NCBI GenBank assembly: GCA_048013815.1
Contig: CM106586.1
Coordinates: 9,734,001-9,798,000, forward strand
Length of the DNA: 64,000 nucleotides
Source of the DNA: Setoptus koraiensis
Lineage: Eukaryota > Animalia > Arthropoda
Reading direction: 5' to 3'
Of this stretch, positions 1 through 11,032 are shown piece after piece; within the stretch, counting starts at the first letter, position 1; each line of letters opens with the position of its first letter. The notes below the pieces were generated by a model. It searched no databases. It was not told the DNA's origin and worked only from the letters and a program-made list of their open reading frames with translations. A program made the translations under genes and the position numbers.

Positions 1-1673
1 GATTGCGTTCGGGATGCGCCGACGTTCTATCGCAAACAAGAGTTTGGCGCAAATCAGGCCGCCCTCCAGACTGCGGCGAGCGGTCGCAATCGGGGCCCGA
101 ACCAATTGCGAGCGAGGCTCGGCACAGGCGCGGGTTCTAGTCCGCCGGTCGCCAGTGATCGCGCGTTTTGATTGTATCAACTTGATATCAAGCTGATATC
201 AACTTGATATAATTGTGCCCCGACACAACTGTGCTTGTGCTGGCATTAATTGCTCGAGTGTGCGTGTCATCATCACCTCATTGTGGCCATCGTATCCAAT
301 TGCATCATTTGTTGTGGTTGCAATTGGAGCGAGCACTTGCGCGCCTCAATCCGGATAATCTCAATGTTGCTCAATGCGGATGTTGCTGCGCGTTCAGTCA
401 GTGCGACGCACATCTTCAGACTGGCGGGCCGGCCGGCCCGCCGCTGGGCGGATGGCAGCCGAGAATGGGCAGCCACCGCAGCGCGACGATCACGCTGCAA
501 CGGTCGCGGGGTGTCGACTATCTCGGGCTCTCGGTGAGCCGCTCGCAGCGACTCGCTCTCAATGAGTCGCTCTTAATGATTAGATTGGCGTTCAGTGGCG
601 AGCCTCTTCTGGCTGACAAACAAACGCACTCGGCAAGAGTCTGTCAACAAGCAGTGACGTTTGGCGTCATTGTTGGTCGGTGGGGGCGCCCGTCGCCGCT
701 GTCTAGCCGCACCGAGCCTCAACGAGCCGCGCTGAGCCGCACACAAATGTCAAATGTCAAGCCGCCTCAATTTCTCGACCGCATCATCATCGTGCGGTAA
801 GACGATACCGCTGCGTGAGTGTGTGTCGTGCCGAGCGCCTAACTATTACATAACACAGGCAGACGATCCGTTGTTGTTGGCGATGCTGTTGTTGTTGCCA
901 GCGCCGTTGTTGCGCAACAACAGCATGGGCACAATGCGACACGCCGGCGAGCGACATGCGGCGGTCGCTCGCCGTTGTTCGACGAGGCTGGCGACATATG
1001 TTGTTGTCGAGACTATTAACTATTACATAACAGAGTCATTTGCAAAACTAACGCGCTCGGCAATGATAATCTTGCGCATCTTGTCGTCGCGCCGCTTTCG
1101 TCATGCCTCCGCCGGGCCGACGAGCCGCCGGGCCGACGGGCCGACGTTGGCCTGTGTGCAAATGTGCCAAGACGCCAATTACGTGTCACTGAGACAGTTA
1201 TGTCATTGGCCGTTCGCACTGCTCACTGTTTGCGCCGATAGGGGCGCCATTTCGGGCCGCTGCGGCGCCTCGGTTACGGCGCTCAGTTGGGGCGCTCGGC
1301 GGCGGCGCTCGGCGGCGGCGCTCGGTTTGGGCGTCTCATGGCCGCGCGCACGGCCGCTGCGGCGCTGCGGGTGCCAATCAAACGCGCGTATAATTGAGTT
1401 ATCATGTTGATTGACCGTTATATTTGATATTCGATCAAATGTGGGGGCGCCTCAATCATCATTAGGCCGGCCAATGTGCGTTGTTACATAACAACAATGC
1501 GGCGCGCAGGCAATTTGATTGCCAGCGAGCGCGCACAGCCAAATGTAAATAACCGATACAAGCATTATTGTGCTGGGCACACAATGTAAACTCGCATACA
1601 CGAACCCAATTGGCCGTCCGATTGTCGGCGGCGTTCACTTGAAAATTTGCTCTTGTCTGTCATTTCGCGGCAC

Positions 1674-1830
1674 CGACAGCGACAACAACAACGACAACAA
1701 CAACGACAGAAGCAACAACGACAACAACAACGACAACAACAACGACAACAACAACAACAACGACAGCAACAACGACAGCGACAACAACAACAACAACAAC
1801 AACAGCAACAACGACAGCGACAACAACAAA
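1674..1830. repeat. Degenerate (CAA/CGA/CAG)n trinucleotide array
   Basis: Directly visible; generates the spurious polyQ/N/V/L ORFs at 1570-1986. Confidence 0.95.
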
Positions 1831-2726
1831 TCCGAGTGCACTATTATTGTAAATAATGGCGCACTCAATTCTAATTTTATTGTGTGTCGTATGTCGATGC
1901 GCGCTGGTTATGTAACCAGTGTCAGCGCGATGCGTCTGCAAACACTGACACTGGCGGCTGTATCAGCGGCTACTTCCATTAAGTAGCCGGCGCGCGTCAG
2001 ACAATAACCATTATCATCATCATTAAATGGCGCTAGCCGTTGTTGTCGTGCTCGCACAGCCAACCGCCGACACAACAACAGCCGCAACCGCCGACTGCAG
2101 ACGCAACGACAGCGCCAACAACAACGCCAACGACAGCGCCAACGACAGCGCCAGCAACCGCCGCGCTGGCAAACAATTGGGGCCCGATGACAATGATTTG
2201 CATATAAACTCTTTATGTTTGGGCGGCCCCGTCTCCAGTGGCAGATAAGACAGCCATTGATATTGTTGTTGTCGTCTCCGGCGGGGCGCCGTCGCTCGCC
2301 CGTCCGCCTGCCCGTCCGCTCGTCTGCTCGCCCTCTCGCCTGCCCGCCCGCTCGCTTGTCGCGCAACTAATTGTGGGCCCACCGGTCGGCGCCAATGCTC
2401 GTCCGTTGCAGCGAGCAACTCGCTGCTGAGAGGGCTCCGGCGAGAGCGGGCCCACTCCCACTTTGAGCAGCCCGCGCACTCTCGAGCCCATTCAACCCGT
2501 GAAAGGGCCCGGCCGCGGGCCCCAGGGGCGCTCCGGCGCAACGTTGCAAAGTTAAAAATATATAAATGGCCAGATATCGAGCACTATCGGGCCACGGGCA
2601 CACCGAATCGGCGAGCGAGCGGCCTGATTTATGGCCGCGGCCGGCGCGAATATCCGGCCCGACGGCTGGCTGGCGCGGCGCCGTCGGGCCAGCGCTTAAT
2701 TCTTTTTCCATGTTTCCATGTTGCCC

Positions 2727-2840
2727 GTTGTTGTTGTCGCTGCTGGCTGTCGCTGGTTGTCGCTGGTTGTCGCTGGCTGTCGCTGGTTGTTGCTGGCTGT
2801 TGTTTGTTGTTGTTTGTTGTCGTTTGTTGTCGCTGCTGGC
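2727..2840. repeat. (TTG/CTG)-rich degenerate tandem array (GTCGCTGGTT units)
   Basis: Directly visible. Confidence 0.9.
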
Positions 2841-4324
2841 TGGCGGCGCCCGACGAGGCCCGGCACGCTCTGGGAACCGCACCGACCACTGCCACGGGCT
2901 GCCCGATCTCGAACGGGCCCCGATCGAGATCGTTCATATACGTTGCAGGCAGAGGCAACGGCGGTGCGATATTTGGCGACACGCGTTCGCTCCGATGCGA
3001 TTGCTGGCTGTTTCGCACGTGCTCCTCAAACGCACTTGCCGGTCGCTGTTCATTACGCACTTGATAACAGTTGATAAACTGGCCCCGCGCTGGCTCGCCG
3101 TACCGAGCGGCGGGCCCGCCGCTCGCGGCGCTCCCAGCAACTACTGACAGTGGCTGACTAATGGCGAAAACACCAATAGCGCAAATGGCGCAACCGGGCA
3201 ACAAGCAACGGTGTAACGGGCACGTAACGCGCCCGAGTGACGAAAAAAGTGATAAAACCCGCTGACCCGTTGCACATTCGCAAATTTGCGCCTCCTTTGC
3301 CCGTTGTGCCTCTATCCTCATTTCGCCCGTTGTACCTCTATCCGCATTTTGCCGCCGCGCAATCAAGTGCCGCACCGGTCGCCGGGCCAGACTGCGCGTC
3401 AGCGACGAGCGCGGCCGGAAGTGGGTCTGCCCGTGCAGGCAGCGCTCGTCGGGCACGCGCAAATTATGTTATGTGACTCAGAGCCTTGCAATTGATGCAA
3501 TGCCCGAGTCTAGGCGCCGCATTCTTGGCGAGAATTTCTTGCATCGGTGGCACCGTCGGCACCGTATGCACCATCGGCACCGTCGGCAGCGCCGGTGCGG
3601 CCCGGACTCCGGATGGGCCTGCGACGTGAGCGGCCCCCAAAGTGAGTCTCGAGAGTCCGGGGCGGGAGTGCGCGGCGCCGACTGGCCGGCTGCCGCGCGG
3701 ATTAGATTAGCCGCTGAAAGATTCGAGCGGCCCGAATCTTTCAGCGGCTAATCTGAGTTGTAGCCGAGCTGTCGGGCGAATTCTCCCGAATGTTGCACTG
3801 GCGGGCGAATTCTCTCAAATGTTGCTCTGGCGGACGAATGGCACAAATCAATAGAATGTCGTATTAGCCGCTGACCTCTGGCGTCTTGTCGCGCGTCGCC
3901 CGAAGACGCCCCCTGGTTGCGAATGCAGCCAGCGGCTGCTTGCAATTCCGAACGACGAGCCGCCAATTTCCCGCTCAGACAAATCAAGCCGCGAGTGGGC
4001 GCCAGTTGGGGCCCCAATCGAACTGCGCAACGACAACTGCATTTGAATTCGATTTTGGGGGCCCCAAAATCGGGCCCGTTGGCGCCGACTGACATTGGCT
4101 GCCCACTCTCCAGTGTAGACTCTACACTGTAGGGTCGGTGCAGCCAGACAATGGGGCCAGCGTTGGCTTTGTGGCGCGTGATAGAGTGGCCCATAGTTTT
4201 TCAAATGGAAACCTTTGATTTATGATGCAATCACTTCTTATCTGCACAGTGTTGTTGTAGTTGTAGACACATAACACTAACTGCTGCAAATTCTTGCTTG
4301 TCTCTCTCTCTCTCTCTCTGCCAG

Positions 4325-4487
4325 AGAGTCTCTGGCGGCTATTTGCCGCTTTGGCCGCTTTTGCCGGGCAATGGCCGAAAGAACTAACGGCCGACAGAGC
4401 GAGAAATTCTTGCTCGCCCGCTCTATCCGGCCGTTGTCATCATCGTGTCCAGTCATCATCAATACGCACACAAGATGTGCCTCACAA
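4325..4487 (+). other. Candidate upstream (5' UTR or N-terminal) exon
   Basis: CACTAAC 4275-4281, 30-nt pyrimidine tract 4291-4320, CAG 4322-4324. Donor GTGAGC 4488 is one mismatch from consensus. ATG 4371 in good context. Confidence 0.3.
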
Positions 4488-4678
4488 GTGAGCGTGGGCC
4501 CCACTCGATGCTGGGCCCGCCCGACGCTGGCCCCTTCCACGCAGCCGGCACACAGCAATATTTTGGGGCCCGTTTTCTCAGAGTTCACTTTAATATGACC
4601 AGTGCGTGTGACGACACCAACAAGCTGCCAAAACGGCCAAATGGCGCCCCAATTTACGTTTCGCCAAATATATATCAG

Positions 4679-4702
4679 CGCCAAATATATATATATTTGG
4701 CG
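4679..4702. repeat. 24-bp perfect palindrome
   Basis: CGCCAAATATAT|ATATATTTGGCG. Confidence 0.95.
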
Positions 4703-5881
4703 ACCAGCAGTCGCCAGTGGGCAGTGCGCGCGCCGAGTGATATATTTGCTTCATATATATGCTTTTGGGGCGCCACTTCGTCAAATCATCTAATGATAAT
4801 AAGAGGAATAAGAGGCCCAAAAGGCAATATAGTGACTTGTTGTTGTTTCTCGCTGGCGGGCCCCGCTCGTTGGCCGGCCAATGGTCGCCAACGAGATGAA
4901 ATAATGATGATCATCGCTATTCCTATTTCCACCAGTCGCCTATTAACTGGCCGCGGCGCTATCACCATTTGTTATACACACAATACGACAACAATATTAT
5001 GTAATTTCGTTCGCGCGCCCCCTGGCGGCCCGCCAATGCGCGCCATCGGGGGCGGTTATTGATTGCCTAATCACATTAGAGAGCCAGAAGAGGGCCGGCA
5101 CTGAATCGCGCGCCGATCTAGCCCTAGTTAGGCCCCAACTGTTAGGGGCCCCAGCCGGCCGGCCAGTGTTAGCGATGGCCAGTGCCCCCATAATTCAATT
5201 CCTGCAAATACCCCAAATACCAACTGGCTGCTCTCAGAGCGGATATATGCAGTTTGTGTACAGTCTCGGGCCTGCATTATACAGGCTGTATATCACTGTG
5301 TCGCTGATTATGCTGCCCGCTGGCTAGTTGTGCTCGGAGAAACTCGCGCCAGTCGGCGCGAGTTCGGATCGGTTGCGATCCGATCCCAATCGATCCCGAC
5401 CGATCCCGACCGATCCGATCCAATCCGATTCTGGCCCGATTGTATCAGTGTCTTTCATCTTAATTTACTCAATTCACAGCAACATAATTCAAAAAAGAAA
5501 CTGCCCCCGCTGGCCACCCTCGAGACGCGCCCCGCTCGCCGCAACGCCAGCCGAGCCACTGACAGGCCCCAGACTCTGAGGCCCAGAGTCGCTCAGATCG
5601 ATGAGTCGGATGGCGCAAATCACAAGTTGTGACCGGCCGCCAATGTGGGCCCGCAATCCAATTTCGGCCGATACGATATTGTATGGCCATACAATGTCCA
5701 GCCAATATCCGACGGCGTATAATGGCGCCCACGAGCGGCGGCCAATCAAGCCGCTTGAGCGTCGGCCCGCGAGCCAGTGTTTGTTTTACCAATTAATAAG
5801 CGGGCGACTTTATATTGGCGCTCTATTTGTCTTGAATGATGCATTCGGCGCCGCATTCGTTTGATTCGCCCCATTTCGGCC

Positions 5882-5945
5882 AGCCGTTCGGTCAGTCGCT
5901 CGGTCAGCCGTTCGGTCAGTCGCTCGGTCAGCCGCTCGGTCAGTC
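5882..5945. repeat. 12-bp tandem repeat (CGGTCAGCCGTT/CGGTCAGTCGCT)
   Basis: About 5 copies visible. Confidence 0.9.
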
Positions 5946-8745
5946 GGCCGCCCCGACCGACCGAGCAGCGCTATAGCGAACAAAGAAGCGGAGCGCTCGC
6001 GCCAGAACTCGCCAAAGCGACGCACATCGTAGAGACCGGCGCAGAGACACTGGCAATAGATTGTATCGCTTACGTAACGATTGCGACCATTGCACCATTC
6101 ATCAATCGCGCGTTTGTTGGTGCCATCAATGGGTGTCTTGGCGCGCCGTTTTTGGCGATTCTGGTGCGGTTTGCACGCGACCACGTGACGCCTCTTGGCC
6201 CGCAAACAAGGAATACGGGGCGCACTTTTGTGTATGCGCGGCCGTTGGCCAAATGGGCCCCACAATGGCGAGACTGGCCACCATTAATCTAAATTTTCTC
6301 TGATCACTTGGCGTCTGGCACGAGCGCCAGGCCTCGTTTGGGCAACAAACACACACTATGCGCCACCAGCGGACAGGTAATATGCCAATGCGTTGCGTTG
6401 CAGCGTCGGCGGCGCCCCATTCGCCCAATCGTGTGTGTGTGTATGACATCATCAATTTCTAAGCTGGCCCCCGTTCGCGTTTGTTGTTTTGTTGTCGGCT
6501 CGTTTCGTCGTCGGCTCGCTCGGCTGTTGGCTCGCTCCGTTGTGGCTCGGTTTGTCGTTGGCCCGCTCGTTGGCTGACCATCGGCCGGCCAACGCAGAGC
6601 CAGAGAGGGGCCAGCGCAGAGCCCGGAGAGGGGCCCCGCCGACAAGACGTTGCGTGGCGATATTTATATACGTGCCATATATATTGCGGCCATAAGCAAT
6701 GGACGCTGGGCCGTGACACTCGGCGCACACAACAGACAGATAATTGAGATTACCTGGCGGGCGCCTATCGCTGGCCAGCTCACTAACTGTCTGTCGCAAG
6801 CTGCCTCGCATCGGCCATTGGTGAGATCGGTGCGATCGGTGCGAGGGGCCCCCAGATAGGTGAGAGGGGCCCCAGATAAACGGGCGCACATAAAGTTTGT
6901 TGCTGTCAGTGGGTTCGTTTGTTTGCAGCGCTAATGTGCTCGTGCGCCCGTCGCGCACACACACACACAGATATACGGCCAGATATCCGGCTAGATACAC
7001 GGCCAGATATTCTGGCGAACATATATACTGCCAAATACGCGAACAGATACACGATTCGATACGCGATTCGACGCGCAACCCAAATAGCGACCAAACAGAC
7101 ATATTACCGAGCTGACCAGCACGCAGAACAAGTGTCGCGAACCTCTTATTTAAACGACTTAATAGTTGGCGTAATGTCTCTCTCCGCGTTGACGCTGGCC
7201 TAATTTTGCATATTATGCAACCATTACTTTCTTTTTCTTACTTTTGTCGGCCCGTGCGTTTGCATTGACACACCCGCCCGAATCGGGCGGCCCCATAGAG
7301 CCGATAGAGCGCACTGTATCAACGTGTGTGTGTATCATTATGTCACTCTCGGGTTCAATCATTTCGACAGACACAAAGTTTGCGCACTCCGGCATAATAA
7401 AACGGCGCATTAACATTGAAGTGGGCCAGCCACTTGGCACGGCTAGCTTGCCGATGCAAAACAAGGTTTGAGCCGCGCCAATTCCGTGAATCCGGCCCGC
7501 GTTGTTGTTAGTCGATTTCGAACAGTTGTGCCCTCTCGCCCGTGTGCACCGCGCCGGCGCTCGGGTAGGTACGCGTGCAGTTGTGCGCGGGCCCCACAAC
7601 GCCTGTTATCGTGCCTTATATTGGCTGCGAGCTGGCGACAATTGTTGTTTAGTGTGCGCATCGCGTCGGCCAAACCGACCCGACCCGAGCCAAACCGAGC
7701 CGAACCAGACCAAACAGATATTTGTCGATGATATATATTCCTGCGTGATGGCGCCACCATTTGACACCCGCCCGCCGGCCCGGCAAGCGCGACAAAACAC
7801 TTTTGAGCCGGGCCCCAATAAGTGTCAGTTGGCATGGATTGAGGCCCGTCGCGTCTTGTTTGTGCTGGCGACGACAAAAGCGCATCACTTTCATCACGCT
7901 CACATAATGCTCACTTCAGACTCTCGCAGCCATTATCCGCCGATAAGGGCTCCTCGGCTGTTTGGGCCTCTTTTTGGCCCCCTTTCCCGCGCTATCGGCG
8001 CTGCTTTGGCTCCACTGTTTGTATCGGCGCTGCTTTGGGGCCCTCTCCTCCTCACTCACCCATTCCAAACCAAACCAACGTTGTCACTGCCGCCGCTCTG
8101 GCCCCAAAACAGCGGTGATAACGTGCCCAATTGGCCAATCGCATCTACGAGCGGCTACGACGAGCCGCCGCCACGACGTACACGCCAGAAGTAATAACAT
8201 GATCAAGACGATGTTAATACTTTTGGCGCCCGCCACTCCCGTCTCACATTACAAATCTCTGTTCGGCCGGCTGGCTCGGGCCACTTGGCGCCACTGTGCG
8301 CCAGAATTGGGGCCCCGGCCGGCGTTGAGTCAACACCTAAATCGGCGCCAAGCACAGTAAGCCAACAATGGCGCTCGCAACAACTCTTGTCGGTTGTCGG
8401 CGACGATGGCTTTCGCGCTGGCTCGTCGGAAATCCCCCAGACTTGCTGTGATAGCGGCCCCAGACTTGCTGTGATAGCGGCCCCAGCCCAGTGAGCTCAG
8501 CGACAGCTCAGTAATGAGCAGTAAAGATGGCTCGATAAAGGGCCCAAATGGTGGCCGCTCGAGAGCACATTCGGCTCTCGAGCGGCTCTTTTAAGCCGCC
8601 GGAGCCCCATTCCGGCCCATTCCCGCGCCCGTCGGCGGGGCCAGATATGGCAACTAGCGACATTAATTACGTTCTTGGCTCGTGGGCGCCTCGCAGGGCC
8701 CCGTGCCGTCGCCGCCCGCCCGCAAGCAGCTCATAATTGACTCAG

Positions 8746-9136
8746 TGCGCACACATAACTAACACTTTCTATTCCCATCTCCCGCCTGCATCTCTGCACC
8801 CTCCAAATCGCTGCACCCTCGGACTGGCTGCACCCTCGGATTCGCTGCACCGCGCGACTGGCTGCACCACCGCATTCGCTGCACCGTCCAATCGTCGGAT
8901 TCGCCCCATCGACCCAAAAAATGATCATCCCGTGGCTCGACGCAATCACCTGCGCACCGGCCCCGAAAACGCCGCCCACGCGCTACCCGCTGCATCATCA
9001 TTCATTGGGTACTTACCATATAACTGTTTGACGTACCCGTCCGCCGCACCTGTCCGGCGTTGGACTCGGTGACGCACGCAACGCGCACACAAACCAATTT
9101 GGGCCAATTCTAACTTGACGGACATAACAGGTGAGT
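8746..9136 (+). other. Candidate recursive splice site: CTAAC 8759-8763, pyrimidine tract, 383-nt AG-free zone, second CTAAC 9110-9114, then CAG|GTGAGT
   Basis: Directly read from the sequence. Same acceptor design as the real Eph exons, but the AG is immediately followed by a perfect donor. Confidence 0.5.
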
Positions 9137-10901
9137 CATTATAATAAATCTGCGTCTCTCTTTGTTGTGACTTTTTTGTCAAGCCCGCTGGCTTGCTGGC
9201 CGGCCGATCAGCTGGTTGCCAGTGGAGTCGTTGTCCGACAAACACCGGGCTTAGTGTCTACACATACGGCAATAAATGTCACGAGCCAAAGTCGACTATT
9301 AATCAGGTGCAAGCGGCTCACAAAGACAAACGCGCCGCGTCACGAGCAGTACGTGCCCGACGGGCTCATCGCGGGCCCATGCTAATATACGCGCGCGCTG
9401 CACCGGATGCTGCCGGCCGACAATGTAACAGACAAATCCGGGGCTGCTTACACTTGTCACTTGCACAGGTTGCGCAACTGGCGCAACTCGCCCAACTGGT
9501 CGGGCCCCCAAATCCCCCAACAATGCGAGCTAATCCTCGGCTCGCTGCTGCCAATTTCGGCCGGCCCGATGGCCGGCTAATTAATGATGATACCAATCGG
9601 CGTATGTGTGCCGCCAGTCATTAGCGCGCTGGGGTATTAGCCCCAAAACGGGCCGCACAACAAACCGCACACACTAACCTGAAACGTGCCCGACCATGTC
9701 TGGCAACGTGTCCACTTCCGGCCGGCAGCAGCCATGCGGGCAAACGTTGTTGTGCCGGCCGCTTTGCGTGGCGCTGTCCGTTCGTCTCGTGTTTGGTTTT
9801 GTGTTTAGTTTTGTGTTTAGTTTGCCGGGCGTTTTTCGTCGGTGCGGCCGGACGGTCCGGACCCGGCACTCCGGACTCTGGACTGCGGACCCGGGACGCC
9901 CGACTTCAGACTGCGGACTCGGGACTGCGGAGCCAGTCGTCGCAACAATATACATATCGCCGCGCATGATATTTTGGCGACTTCAGCAGCGAGTGTCACA
10001 CATTAATTAAGATTTGCTCAACAGATTAAGTGCGGCACGGGCGGCGTTAGCCGGCCCGAACGGCCGGCCAAATATCGGCCGCTCGGTCGCGTGCGCCCGT
10101 CGCTTGTTTTTGATTTTGCAGCGAGCACTCGCATTAATGGATAAATGCCGGATAATGTCGTATATTTATCCATTACTCGTGCGGGTCTTGGAGTTAGCGC
10201 GCTTACCGGCCCGCTGGCCGGTGTCTGAGTGCTGGCAATTTGCTCGCAACTCGGTGACATTAGCGGCGCCGGCGTCGTTGTCCGCAGCGACTGGCGCCCC
10301 TTATCAGGGTTACTTTGCCACGAGAGCCAAGTGAGACACATTAAGAGACACTAACTAAAAAGTTGGGCCCATTTAACTGGCCGCCGATCACTGCCAATTC
10401 GCACACGAGGGGCGCTGTTGCTGCTGGTGGGGCCCTCACCTAATGCGCACTTAATGGCGCAGTCTATTAACTAATCTATCCGTTGGCTGCAGTGTGTGCG
10501 CGCGCCCCCCAGTGCAGTTTGCATCACTCAAAGCGATGATTATGTAATGTTTATTCAGTCCGCTATTAGCGTTGGTTCACACGGCCACTATCGGCCAATG
10601 TCTAGTCATTATGTAACATTTAGTTTGGTTTAGTAACAGTTACAATACACTGAATGGCATTGTGTGTGCCATGACACCTGTCTGTTTGCTCAGTTGGGCA
10701 GTTAAATCGCGGGGCGCCGAGGGTGCGATCGCGAAACGCGGGGCCCCCGCGACACGTCGACATATATTTATATATACGATGTATAAGTGTGCAAAGTTTG
10801 CCACGTGTTTGCAGCTTTCGCAAAGTGTCAGCGAGTGTGAGAAGAGCCGCTACAAAACTGGACCAGTCAATAATTTGCCTACGCGCACTGTGCCCGTTTG
10901 C

Positions 10902-11032
10902 GCGTTACGTAACGCAACGCGTGCACCAGAGGCGACACTCGCTCGCGAACAAAGTCAATACAAACTCAATACAAAATTGCGCAACGACAGAATTACGCAA
11001 CGACAGAATTACGCAACGACCGAATTACGCAA
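10902..11032. promoter_or_regulatory. Cluster of bZIP-type (C/EBP / PAR) sites: TTACGTAA 10905, TTGCGCAA 10977, TTACGCAA 10993, 11009, 11025
   Basis: Five TTRCGYAA octamers in 130 bp, four at 16-bp periodicity. Function is inferred only. Confidence 0.3.

Noticed and set aside
1570-1986. PolyN/Q/V/L ORFs on both strands
   Set aside because: All derive from one (CAA/CGA)n array; no domain content or splice support.
9011-9052. Minus-strand GTAAGT donor with a possible 36-nt exon (GAADGYVKQLY)
   Set aside because: No partner exons or long CT-free acceptor zone on the minus strand; no evidence of an antisense gene.
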